This document shows positions 1 through 10,880 of a DNA stretch of 64,000 nucleotides, one piece after another. Where the stretch lies: positions 13,888,001 through 13,952,000 of the forward strand of contig JANJGN010000035.1 of assembly GCA_026770705.1 (NCBI GenBank), given 5' to 3'. The DNA comes from Isurus oxyrinchus. Its lineage: Eukaryota. The translations under genes and the position numbers were made by a program. Below the pieces are notes generated by a model. That model made no database searches, was not told the origin of the DNA, and saw only the letters and a list, made by a program, of their open reading frames with translations. Within the stretch, counting starts at the first letter, position 1. The number at the start of each line of letters is the position of its first letter.

Positions 1-171
1 CGCCATGTTTAGAAAAAATCTCGCTGTAAATTCACATAAAATCAGTGGAAATAACTTAATGGCAACACATTTCGACTGATATTTGACGGACACGCAAGCG
101 TGCAATTTGTGGCTGTATGAAAATCCAGAATCAGCTTCTTCGGGCTCCAACAACCAACTGAGCTGAAATGT

Positions 172-242
172 CGCTCGAATAGGAAGTTGAATCCTGGACA
201 CTCAACAGAAGCGTGATGTTCTACGGACTGAGCTATACGGGC
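172..242 (-). pseudogene. tRNA-Lys(UUU) pseudogene
   Basis: cgctcgaataggaagttgaatcctggacactca...tgatgttctacggactgagctatacgggc matches the reverse complement of vertebrate tRNA-Lys-TTT; anticodon arm disrupted. Confidence 0.85.
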
Positions 243-619
243 TCCATTCTTGAGCAGCTGAAACTTCTGAATTCAGGGCATGGGAGAACTGTGGATGATC
301 GCTTACTGTATTCAGGTCAGTTAGGGTATTTCCAGAATTTCTGAAACAACAGAGGGATATGAAGGTGGGACATTCAAATGAAATTGATTGACAGGGTGTT
401 TGATGAAGATATTCAATATGGGGGCAGTTCTGAAGGCCAGGAAAGCCTACTGCTGCTCCAACTTCTGAGAATCTGATAGACACACGTCAGCGCAACAAGC
501 AGGATTATGCTGAGCTCGGGTGGACGGAATGTAGACTCACAAGCAACTTTCTGCTGGGTAACCTGTTAATTCGCCATACACTTAACAAAACGCGGCCTTC
601 TGTTGTCTCCAGTATGTAA

Positions 620-1146
620 AAATGAAGAGTAGGCTGACAGAGTTATCCATAGTGTTGAAAAGTTTAATCATAGAGACACTATTTCAGTTTGATTAAATTT
701 AGTGCCACCCGTTTCAGAACAGAGATGAGGAGGACTGTTTTTCTCTCTGAGGTTTGCACATCCTTGTAACTCTCTTCCTCAGAAGGTGCTGGAAGCGGGG
801 GTCACTGAATGTTTTTATGGCGGATGGATATAGATAAATGATTGTATGAAAGCAAAACATGGCAGATGCTGATATCGGAAACCAAAAGACAAAATGCTGG
901 AAAAAGTCAGCAGATCTAACAGCATCTTTAACGAAAAACAATTAAAGTTTCAAGTCCCTATGAATATTTCCAGAGTGGATTGGCTCTTGTTAGGTAGGGG
1001 ATCAAATCTTATGGGAAAGATGTCAGAGTTGATGAGATTGTGGAACTCAAAGCACACGCGGATCATCGCCATCATCGTATTGAATGGGAAAGGAGGCTCG
1101 CCAGGCCAAATGGTCTATTCATGTTCCTAATTCTTATGTCCTAAGG
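620..1146 (+). mobile_element. CR1 LINE 3' fragment, interrupted by a Penelope-like pLTR remnant
   Basis: gagatgaggagg...ctctcttcctcagaagg...ggccaaatggtctattcatgttcctaattcttatg resembles the CR1 ORF2 end and 3' UTR; paralog at 61915-62440. Confidence 0.7.
855..975 (-). mobile_element. Degenerate Penelope-like pLTR remnant
   Basis: gcagatgctg...aaaatgctggaaaaagtcagcagatct...gtttcaagtccctatga is similar to the left arm at 2703-2806; paralog at about 62170-62295. Confidence 0.6.
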
Positions 1147-1392
1147 AATCGAAAGATTTAGGCCAATCAATGAGCAAGTCAGGATGCAGATTTATGTGAC
1201 AGAGAGGCACGATGGAAATAATCAATACGATTCTCAAAAAAAAGAATCCAAACTATGAAGACTTAGCGAATATGTGCGTTTGTAAATACATTCTGAAACA
1301 CATAGCATACTGCATTCAGACAACAAGAAATTAGGCGTCCACCACTTACACTGCTGCGATTCTCACGTTTTGAATAATGGAGCTTAACGAAT

Positions 1393-1463
1393 TAACCAGA
1401 AAGGGATTTGAATCCAGAACGCTCAAATGTAAATTCCAATCCAACAGAAAACGAGCAATCGTT
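1393..1463 (-). pseudogene. Highly decayed tRNA-Lys(UUU) relic
   Basis: accagaaagggatttgaatccagaacgctcaaatgtaaa...gagcaatc aligns to cccgaacagggacttgaaccctggaccctcagattaaaa...gagctatc; paralog at 62675. Confidence 0.5.
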
Positions 1464-2189
1464 TTGATCGGGCGCTGTGCTTCAATGCCTCGAAAGATAT
1501 CACATCTTCCCCATATAATGCCTTTCATTCCGAAAAATCTTCCCTTCACATGCCATTCCCAGCACATGCAGACCCACTCCCTTTTCTTCAGAAATATTCT
1601 TACTGTCCACAATTTTCGGTCTTACACACTGCCATGTGATGTGCAAGTGTTCTTTCCCAATATTCCGCTCTAGTACCCCCAATGTTTTGAAGATCAAGTT
1701 AATTGAGAGACAACGAAGTTGCAGAAAGGGGAGCCCCGACATTAGTAATTGACGGATTATGGCTCTTCGGTTGATAAAACAATGTAACTTCTTATTGGCC
1801 CTTGGGAAAGTGCCATATCATTCACTTTGAAAGCAACTCATTGTTAGTGTAGCGATTCAGATTCTTTGGGAGCAGTTATGAGACTTAAGCAGAGCGGGAT
1901 CTCCCTTCAGACATTGCACTTTTTACCACATTTTACCGAGTTTCCTTGTATTCGTGCGTCAGTTAAGAGAAAAAGTCCTTTCAGTCACTTGACATTCAGG
2001 GGCTAGGGATATGAGAAAAGGAGGCACTGGCAGTATTTCGCCAACTCTCATTCGACAGCACATTCCAAACCCACGAACACGTACATCTAGAAGGATAAGG
2101 GATGCAGATGGATGGGAAAATCAGCTCTGAGAAGTCACCCTCAAGCCTCTTACCAAGCTGACTTGGAAATATATCAGCCATTCATTCAC

Positions 2190-2365
2190 TGTCACTGGGA
2201 CAAAACCCGTATCTCTCTCACTAAGATGACTATGGTTGTACCTACACCAGAAGAACTGCATCGGTTCAACAAGGTAGATACACCACCTTTGCAACGGGTC
2301 ATTAGGGATAGGCAGCAAATGTTGGCCCAGCCAGCGAAGCCCACATCCCATAAACGAATTTGAGA
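2190..2365 (+). mobile_element. 3' tail of a CR1-group LINE (family sharing its tail with a SINE)
   Basis: attagggataggcagcaaatgttggcccagccagcgaagcccacatcccataaacgaat is the same tail as at 32580-32640, 42045-42110 and 43980-44040. Confidence 0.7.
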
Positions 2366-2763
2366 AGGCATAAAACCAATTGGTTTTCACTCCTACTCCA
2401 AAATTGCGTAACTTTGTGACTCATCTTCAAACTTTACTCACTTCCTATGTTGGTACCTTTAAAGCTCCTGAGTAAGAGTGTGTCCTCAGCCAGTTATATT
2501 GTCGATGTTCGCAAACCTTCAGCCAGGAGATCCAGACACACGAGTGTCTAATTTCCCTTTCAGCATACGGACCTGTATGCTGCTAGTTCTCTTCTTGAAG
2601 TCCAGGTGTAAGGGGTGATGCTGAACAAACTTGAGGCAGTGTGACATGAGATCAATAACCCTGCCTTTTTTGGTACGGTAACAGCGAGCATTTATAATGG
2701 TAAACAAAAACAGAATTACCTGGAAAAACTCAGCAGGTCTGGCAGCATCGGCGGAAAAGAAAA

Positions 2764-2806
2764 GAGTTGAAGTTTCGAGTCCTCATGACCCTTCGACAGA
2801 ACCTCA
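2764..2806 (-). ncRNA. Minimal type I hammerhead ribozyme motif (variant core)
   Basis: Minus strand reads gaggtt CTGTCGA a gggtc atgag gactc GAAA ct TC aactc: core, 5-bp stem II, GAAA, NUH site and stem I. Confidence 0.65.
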
Positions 2807-3215
2807 GTTCGAGTCCAAGAAAGAGTTGACATATAAGCTGGTTTAAGGTGTGTGTGTGGGGGGGGCGGAGAGATAGAGAGAGAGAGAGGTGGGTGGGGGA
2901 GGGTGCGGTTGTAGGGACAAACAAGCAGTGATAGAAGCAGATCATCAAAAGATGTCAACGACAATGGTAGAATAGAACACATAGGTGTTAAATTAAAGTT
3001 GGTGATATTATCTAGACGAATGTGCTAATAGAACACCTATGTGTTCTATTCTACCATTGTCGTTGACATCTTTTGATGATCTGCTGCTATCACTGCTTGT
3101 TTGTCCCTACAACCACACCCCCCGCCCACCCACCTCTCTCTCTCTCTATCTCTCCGCCCCCCCACACACACACCTTAAACCAGCTTATATTTCAACTCTT
3201 TCTTGGACACGAACT

Positions 3216-3258
3216 CAAGTTCTGTCGAAGGGTCACGAGGACTCGAAACATCAATTCT
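3216..3258 (+). ncRNA. Minimal type I hammerhead ribozyme motif (variant core)
   Basis: caagtt CTGTCGA(3222-3228) a gggtc acgag gactc GAAA(3245-3248) ca TC aattc; predicted cleavage after C3252. Confidence 0.65.
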
Positions 3259-4009
3259 GCTGTTCTCCGCCGATGCTGCCAGACCTGCTGAGTTTTTCCA
3301 AGTAATTCTGTTTCGTTCTGGATTTCCAGCATCTGCAGTTTTTTTGTTTTTATATTTATAAGGGTAATGCTGTTGATGTGGTGCACATGAACCAAAGGAA
3401 TGCATTTAATAATGTAGTGCACAACAGAATAGTGAGCTAAGTTCATGCGCATGGAAGAACAGGGATAGTTGTAATAGTGATATGATTTTTTTTCTGATTG
3501 ACATGTAACAAAGAGTAGTTATGGACCTTTGTTTCGTTTTTTTTTCCTGCAGGAAGGTTTATATTGGAATTCCCAAGGCATGGGTGTTACGAACCAATGA
3601 TCTTCTGCAATATATGTTAAAGACCTAGATCTTTTTGTACAAGCCCTAATTTCAAAAAAATGAGCATTATGTTATATTTGAAAATATGGTAAACAATGAG
3701 GAGAATATGATAGCAATTCAAGAGGTAGCACTGGAAAGGTTGTCTTTAGGGGCGGACAATTGGCATGTAAACATTAGTTGAGCGAAGGTGAAGCGATTCA
3801 TTCTGATCACAATAAAGCAGAGAATTAATACGAAAAAAATATAATTTTTAAGGCTTTGCTTAGATTTTGATATGGCAGGGGAATTGGGAGAGTGGTGAAT
3901 AAAGCCTAAAGCATCCTTGATTATATCATTAGCGTGATGGTCCATGGAGGCAGCGTGCTTATTGTCATTATCGCTGGAGCAATAGCCCGGGAAATGAAAG
4001 TAAATCTCT

Positions 4010-4130
4010 GGAGACAACATTTCGAGTCCTGCCATGGAAGATGTTGGAATTTTAATTCATTGATTTAAATAAATCAACTGGAATTAAAAGTCAAGTCTCC
4101 TGTTCAATTAGAAACATTTTCCTGATATCG
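4010..4130 (+). mobile_element. tRNA-derived SINE fragment
   Basis: ttcgagtcctgccatggaagatgttggaatttta...ctggaattaaaagtc: B-box and body similar to the copies at 41800 and 52915. Confidence 0.55.
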
Positions 4131-5177
4131 GATTCCCATAAATAACCTCAGCACCTTGTATGCTTCAATCGGAATACCTCTCAGTCTTTTACATTCCTTT
4201 AGGCAGATGCCCAAACTGCACATCCTTCTTTCATAAGATACGCCTTTGAAGCGAGGAATGAGTCCAGTGAAACCTCTCTGTACAGCTTGTCATTTAATTA
4301 ACAATTTGGCAGCAAATAAGAAGGCCAAACCTGCCGAGTGCACAGTACTCCAGCATCCCGTGAGCGAATTGGCGGGGGAGCACGCCCCTAGGTGCCAGTT
4401 TCGCTCCACAATGGACACGAGACAACAGACTGCCAGGTTCAAAATCAGATCTTGTGTGCAAAATGCCTGGCGTGTTTCTAACATTCCAATACAGTGAATA
4501 CATATTATAAGCATTTCTTGGGATGCATCATACTCAGCGAAATGCGCTAGACTAATTCCAATTCCTCCTTTTGCTCTTGAACACATCAACCCTGCAACAC
4601 AGCGGCGCCCATTGTCATCAGATCAAAACTCCCCACCCACACATTTTGATTTACACACATACACAAAGACACACACACGGTCCAGACAGACACATATATC
4701 GCACACTCAGTCACAAACACAGTTCCTCTCTCTCTCTCTCTCGTTCTCTGCAAGCGTTCTGTTTGTTTTAAATGGAGCTCAACCAAGGTTCACCTGATGG
4801 ATTCAGATTGTAGTGCACATCCATTTTAATTCTGTTAATTGACTTTTCAATTCACACAATTAAAATTGTTGCGCACCTCATTCCAAATACGTTTGGTTTC
4901 TGGACAGCTGGATTTGAGAGACTTCAACTTTGTAACCAAGCCATGGGATCAATGGTTGTTTCTTCATGAAAATGTGGGAATTAAGTAAAGGGCAGCAACG
5001 TGGCAGCTCTGATCTTACTGATTCACCGAGCGGGTTCGAAGGTCGGAACAACCTCAAACTGCTTTTATTACTGATTAAAGTGGACGTCAAATTACAGCAT
5101 GGACGATAAGCTGGAAGAGTAGAGTTGTGGCAGATGAGCAATGAATGCTGTGGCAGGGACAGGCTCGAGGGTGTGTA

Positions 5178-5470
5178 TGGCGTACATATGCCCGTAATGT
5201 ATTACCACATATAATGTGAAGGTCTGTCAGCACCGCATCACGTTGACAATGGCAGGTTGTGTAATAAGGTACAGATATTACCCAACTGAGAATAGGCATT
5301 ATTTAGTAAGCAAATACAATCTTTCTCAAATGCTCTCTCGCTTCTCATGGATCCGTTCTAAGCTCAGATCCTTCAGCATATTGATCGGAAACACCAACTG
5401 CAGAGATTCCATTGTGATCTGGACAGAAGAGCGGGCACACAGGGGATTTATACAATATCTGAGTGTCTCT
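5178..5470 (+). pseudogene. Decayed C2H2 zinc-finger relic
   Basis: TAC ATA TGC CCG TAA TGT (Y-I-C-P-*-C) at 5183-5200; gttgacaatggc resembles V-H-T-G codons; CTC AAA TGC TCT (L-K-C-S) downstream. Confidence 0.45.
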
Positions 5471-5769
5471 GTTCCATCAGGACATTAGCTGCTACCGGTA
5501 CTTCGGTGAATAGCCATCCTAATACTCCCAATCAGAAGCTCGTGAAAGTAATCTCCGCTCCACATCCACTGATCACCCATTGCCAACGAAGATAATACAG
5601 TTCTAATGAATCATAATGAGAACTCGCAATGGTATGTCTGCATTCCTCTCCACACAAGGTGTCAGACCTGCTGATTTTTCCCAGAACTTTTTTTTACGAT
5701 AATCCATTGCAATCACTGGGCGATGGGTTCACAGTTGCAATCAGTAATAGTGCCGTGACACGGGCAGAG

Positions 5770-6045
5770 AATCAGTGCAGAAGGTGGTGCAGTGTGGCAC
5801 TGTCGGAGGGAAAGTGAAGGAGTTGAATCACGCTGTCAAAGAGTTGATGCAGGGAGAATTCCCATCTGTCGAAGGGTCTCTGCCACAGGAGGGAAGCCCT
5901 GTTGGATTGTGGCTGCAGTGGGAGCCCTGCCCTGTCGGGGGGTCAGTGCAGAGGGAGGGCCGCCCAGCCGGATTTTCGGTGCAGGTGGAGCGCCACACCG
6001 GCGGGAGGTCGGAGCAGGGGAAGTGCTGCAATGTCTGAGGTGCTA
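5770..6045 (+). repeat. 33-bp minisatellite (about 8 units) derived from a Deu-domain SINE
   Basis: ctgtc-like anchors at 5800, 5833, 5866, 5899, 5932, 5965, 5998 and 6031; unit resembles cagtactgagggagtgccgcactgtcggagggt; the last unit runs into SINE body (gaggtgctacctttt). Confidence 0.85.
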
Positions 6046-6194
6046 CCTTTTGCAGCAGACTTTAAAGTATGACCATGTCTGCAATCTAATGATTATTTGC
6101 TCGTTATCAGATTGCTGTCTGTGGACGTTTACACTGTGCAAATTGCTGCACATTACTTACATTACAAGTGAGACCAGATTCGAAATAACCTTAT

Positions 6195-6300
6195 TGGCTC
6201 TGAAACAAAAAAGTTAATTGTGGAAAAACTAAGCAATTCTGACAGAATCTGTGGAGAGAGAAACAGTGTGAAGGTTTCGAGTCCCTAAGACCCTCAAAGC
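6195..6300 (-). mobile_element. Degenerate Penelope-like pLTR remnant
   Basis: tggaaaaactaagcaattctgacagaatctgtggagagagaaacag...gtttcgagtccctaagaccct. Confidence 0.65.
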
Positions 6301-6304
6301 TCTG

Positions 6305-6430
6305 AAATGTGTTCACACTATCACAGGAGGCGGTACATGAATGCACGTGTTCCCACACTGGACTGAATGCACACATCACTGAGCGACTCTGCCAACTGGA
6401 ATTCAGCAGCAAGTTACAAAAAGCCAAAAC
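6305..6430 (+). pseudogene. Decayed C2H2 zinc-finger relic
   Basis: gttcacact (VHT), tcccacactgga (SHTG), cacatcactgagcgactctgccaa (H-I-T-E-R-L-C-Q, similar to HTxERPFQC). Confidence 0.4.
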
Positions 6431-6839
6431 ATTTACCCTTGTTTCAAGGGCTTTATTCAAAACTGTCAAATTGAAAATGTTGTGTTTCTGATTCGCTGGA
6501 GATTAAGAGTAAGCTGTTCATGACAGCTTTCAAATGTTCTGAACCTGGTGAAAGCAGATCTTTTGAAAGAGAGATTCTGACACCCCTCTCCCCACCCCAC
6601 CCCCCATCATTTGCAGAGCTGAAGGACGGATCTGCGTTGGAAAGTGAGTGCTATCCACCCAGACACAGAGTACAGGAAAGTCCCAGGCTCCAACCTGGAC
6701 TAGTGCTCAATTTTATTGACCTAATGGGGGAGCAAGTGATCCCAGGCTTTACAAAAGGATGCTTACAGGAAGCTGTTACTAAATCTAATATACACAACAC
6801 TCCAACATCAACCCGAGAATTGTGTACAATTCCTGAAAT

Positions 6840-7310
6840 CTGCACGTTCAGAGGATGCCCGGACTTTGGAGAGCGTGGGAAAGAGACTTGGCTGGCATGT
6901 TATCATGGTTCAGGGAATCTGGAAGGATTAGAGAAGATGTGAATGTTCTCTTTGGACCAGGGAAGGTAAACAGAAGGTTCAGTTAAGCATTTCAGAAAGA
7001 TGAAGGGGTTTTTATTTGAGGAGGGAGAGGGTGAGGGAGAGTGTTTGCAGTGGCTGGAGTATTGGGGAGCAGTGCACCCAGCTTGCAGATGATCCGCAAG
7101 ACAGGAAAAAGGTGATGTAGGAGGTTTTTATTTTATTTTACACAAATAGTTGTATAACATGTTAGCTGAATGGACGGGTTCAGTTTCAACTTCCAAAACA
7201 GAATTGGATAAATACTGCAAGGCGAAATAATTGACAGGGCATAGGGCTGGAGGTGCGCAGGGGTAGTCGCACTGTGTGCGACATTTCTTCCCTATGCCAT
7301 GTCATTCCAC
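6840..7310 (+). mobile_element. Degenerate CR1 3' fragment
   Basis: ggattagagaagatgtgaatgttctctttggaccaggg...gaattggataaatac...cagggcataggg. Confidence 0.6.
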
Positions 7311-7324
7311 GAGAGGCGGGCTTT

Positions 7325-7682
7325 TCATTCATCTAATGCCTCCCGCAAACGCGGGGCATCCCAAAGCGCTTCACAGTCACTTTCTGAAGTGATGGCCCTT
7401 ATGCAGACTTCCTTGACAAAACTGCTGGATAATCTGTTTTGTTTATGTTGAATGAGGGATCGTTTTTGACCACGTGACGAAAGGTGATTTGGCAGGGCGT
7501 GGCGGGAGGGAGAGATGAGCTCCTTTGCTCTTCTTCAAAATTGCGCGTTTTGGATCGTTTTACACCCAGGAGTAGCTGCAGGTCTTCGGTTTTCTGAAAG
7601 ACTGCACGTCTCAACAGTGCAGCACTCCAACTGTACTAGCACTGGGGGAGCGAGCCAAACGTTTTCAGCTCGAGTGCCTGGA
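7325..7682 (-). mobile_element. Deu-domain SINE (SacSINE1/AmnSINE1-like)
   Basis: catcccaaagcgcttcacag...ataatctgtttt...tgagggat...gctcttcttcaaaat...acagtgcagcactccaactgtact is the reverse complement of the Deu core and L2-like tail. Confidence 0.75.
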
Positions 7683-7684
7683 CA

Positions 7685-9820
7685 CAGGACCATACGAATT
7701 AGGGAAAGGTGCTGTTCACTCTGCCCCTCAATCCTGTTAAATCATCCATTAAGATGAGAGCTGATCTGTAGGCAACTTCAGCCCCACATTCCTGCCGGCC
7801 TCCGAGAAAATTTGACCTCCTATTAATCTAGAATCTATCTACCTCTGCTGTAAAAATCTTCAAATGTTCTGCCTTAACCGCCTTCTGAAGTACAGAATTC
7901 CAAGGTTTCTCGATCCCTTGAGAGAAAACATTTAACTTCATCTCCCTCTGAAATAGTCGACCCCTTACTTCTAAACAATGGCCCACTCTTCTAACTTTTT
8001 TCCCCAAGACCAGAGATGCTCTCCACATTCGTCCTGTAGAATGGAGCCAGAAGACAGGAAGACAACAAATGTGGTATCATTATTCAAGAAGGGAGAAAGG
8101 AATTAACACGGACATTCGGCATGGTTTTGTTAAGAAGTGCCATGACTGACCAATTTGATTGAATTCTTTGAAGAGGTGACCATGTGTGTCGACGACGGCA
8201 ATGTAATTGATGTAGACTGCTTGGACTTCAGCAAGGTTTTTGTTAAGTTCATGCTTGGGAGACTGATAACGAGGTGAGAGCCCTTGGGATCAAGGGAATT
8301 GGGCAAATCGGACTGATAATTGGCTAAGTGGAAACCAGAATTGGCTAAGTGCAAGAAACCAGTAGGTGATTGCATTGGGTGTTTTTGTGACTGGATGCCT
8401 GCGTCCAGTGAAGATCCAAAAGGATTGGTGTTCGATTCCCTACTGTTTGTCGTAATTACAAATGGTTAGACCTGAATGTAGCAGGGTTGGTCAATAATTT
8501 TGCGGGTGACACGTAAATTGAGGGATGTTAAATAGTGAGGAGGATAGCTTATATCAGAGGATGATATAGACAAGCTGGTCAGATGGGCTGGATTAACGAA
8601 CTTAATCTGGACAAGTGTGGGGTGCTGGAGGTCAAACAAGGTTCGGGAATACACGATGAATGGTAGACCCCTGGGAACTACGGAGGATCAGGGGGACCTT
8701 GGTGTGAATGTCCACCAGTCCCTTAAGGTAGCGGGACAGGTGGTTAACAATGTAAATTGGATACTTTCCTTTTTTCAATGAGGCATAGAATATAAGAGCA
8801 GAGATATTATACTGGAAATGTATATTACCCTGGTTAGTCCACAGCGATAGTATCTTGTGCAGTTCAGGTTCTGCATTACAGGAAGGATGTGATTTCATTT
8901 GAGTGAGTGCCCAGGAGATTTGCCAGGATGTTGCCTGGGCCTGGAGAGTTTTATGTATGAGGAGAGATTGGATCGATGAGGGTTATTTTCCTTGGAGCAG
9001 AGGGGATTGAGGGCGGAAGTGATTCAGGTTTATAAAATTATGATGGTATAGATAGGTTAGGCAGGAAGGTACCTTTCTGCTTGATGGAGGGATCAATAAC
9101 CAGGGGGCATAGATTAAAGGTAACGGGCAGGTGGTTGAGAATGGACGTGAGAAGAAACTTTGCAACCAGAATGTAGAGAGAATATGAACCTAGTTGTCAT
9201 TCATGGTCATAGAGGCAGAAACCAGCATTACATTTAAAAAATATTTGCATGTGCACTTGCGATGCCATGGCATACTAGTCTATGGACCTAGTGCTGGTAA
9301 ATGGGATTAGAATAATTAGGCACTTGCCTTACCATCGCATGCTCAATTGGCTGAAGGGCGTTTTTCTGTCCTCTAGACCGCTATGACTCAATGAATCCAT
9401 GACACTCTTACTTCCAGCAGATACAAGCCTAACCTGTCCGACCATTCTTCATAAGACAACCCATCCATTCCTCTTAGTACAATACTTAATTGCATCTTCT
9501 AACTGCTTCTAAAGCATTTACATCCATCCTGAAATAAGACGATCAATACTGTACACCTTATTGCGTGTGGTCTCACCTATGCCCCGTATAACTGAAGCAT
9601 AGCCTCCTAACTTTTGTAATCAATTCCGCATGCAATAATTTATAACATTGTAATAGTTTCCCTAATTACTTGCCTTACCTGCACACTAGCCATCTGTGAT
9701 TTATTCACTTGGACATCCAGATCCCGCTGCATCTCAGGGGTCTACCATGTTTTGCCATAGAGATAATAAGCATCTTTTGTTTTTATTCTTCCTTCCAAGT
9801 GGTCAATTTCACATTCATGT
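7685..9820 (-). mobile_element. CR1 LINE 3' portion, interrupted by the CR1 at 8035-9400
   Basis: 3' UTR at 7685-7800; ORF 7828-8028 has CR1 ORF2-end motifs (FSQGIEKPWNSV); sequence resumes at about 9400 (ctcttacttccagcagatacaagcctaacc). Confidence 0.75.
8035..9400 (+). mobile_element. CR1 LINE RT region to 3' end, with frameshifts and stops
   Basis: tgactgaccaatttgattgaattctttgaagaggtgacc (CLTNLIEFFEEVT-like), gacttcagcaagg (DFSK); tail ctatgactcaatgaatccatga. Confidence 0.9.
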
Positions 9821-9854
9821 CAACAGTAAATTCACAGGAATCACATTTTCATTT

Positions 9855-10780
9855 AAGGGCATGAGGCACAGGAGCAGAAGCAGGCCATTAGTCCATCAAG
9901 TCTGCTCTGCCAATCAATCAGAACATGGCTGGTCTGATCATCCTCAATTCCATTTCCCTGTCTTGTCAAAATAACCCTTGATTCCCTGAACAAATAAAAA
10001 TATGTCTATTTCAGCGTTGAACATACTTAAAGTCCCAATCTCCAAATCCCTTCCGGTACAGAAGTCCACAGACTGACTGCCCACTGGGACCCCAAATTCC
10101 TCCTCATCTCTTTTTGAATGGTCGCCCTTTACTCTGAGATTATGCTGTTTCAGCAGATTCTTCCACAAGTGGAAACAGCTTCACAGAATCTAACCTTTCT
10201 GACACCCGAATAAGCTTACATGCTTCAATAATGTCGTCCCTCATTTTTCTAAACTCCAAGGAGCACAGGTCCAGCCTAGTCATGATCTGCCCATAAGAAA
10301 ATCCCTCCACGCAGGGGTCAATTTTGTGAACCTTCTCTGGACAGCCTCCAATGACAGTGCATATTCCCTTAGATAAGGGGGCCGAAACAGTTCACAGTAT
10401 TCCGGGTGTAGTCTAAATAGTGTCTTGAATAAATTTATCAATGTTTCCCTTTTTATTTTTGCATTCTGTTTAAACTAAAGGTCAACGTTTCACTTGCCGT
10501 ACCTATTACCTGCTGAGCATATACGCTGCATTTTTTGTGATGCATGCATGAGTCCCCCCCAATCCACCTGTGCTGCAGATTTCTGCAGTCTTTCTCCAAT
10601 GAAGTGATATTCAGCTCCTCCATTCTTCCTCTAAAAGTGTATACAATCATACTGTCCCACATTTTCTTCCTGTGCCAAGATTTTCTCCATTCACTTAACC
10701 TTTCTGTATCCCCCTGTGTGCTCTTGGTGTCATCTGCGCAACTTGTCAACCCTCCAATTTTTGTGCCGTACCATACCTGC
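9855..10780 (-). mobile_element. CR1 LINE RT C-terminal region to 3' end
   Basis: ORF 10453-10749 reads ADDTK...QGDTERLSEW; 3' UTR begins aggagcagaagcaggccatt. Confidence 0.85.
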
Positions 10781-10799
10781 TGTTGGACTTAACTCAAAG

Positions 10800-10880
10800 C
10801 TTCACTGCATTGCCATATATGTGCCCAGCCCCTTCAACGACGCATAGCTTCGTGTCCAGTTCAATCCCAGAAATGTTTGG
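10800..10880 (+). pseudogene. Possible single decayed C2H2 finger
   Basis: TGC CAT ATA TGT GCC CAG CCC (frameshift) TTC AAC GAC GCA TAG CTT CGT GTC CAG = C-H-I-C-A-Q-P-F-N-D-A-*-L-R-V-Q. Confidence 0.3.

Larger units (their letters stand above)
2703..3353. mobile_element. Penelope-like element terminal structure: inverted pseudo-LTR pair
   Basis: Arms 2703-2989 and 3032-3317 are reverse complements (about 15-20 differences by eye) around a 42-bp spacer; flanked by atttataatggtaa (2690-2703) and atttataagggtaa (3354-3367); each arm has a hammerhead motif. Confidence 0.85.
2655..3850 (+). mobile_element. CR1 LINE RT fragment split by the palindromic insertion
   Basis: ggtaacagcgagcatttataa | agggtaatgctgttgatgtggtgcacatgaaccaaagga is collinear with the uninterrupted 28091-28150. 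Confidence 0.75.

Noticed and set aside
2716-3305. Duplicated 88-aa and 72-aa genes on opposite strands
   Set aside because: They are the two arms of the inverted pLTR and include microsatellite sequence.
4130-4589. ORFs 4246-4497 and 4290-4589 as genes
   Set aside because: They overlap a decayed minus-strand CR1 fragment (ggaatgagtccagtgaaacctctctgtac...cacagtactccag) and show no recognisable domain.
5775-6217. Repeat-protein ORFs (87 and 141 aa)
   Set aside because: Product of the in-frame 33-bp minisatellite.
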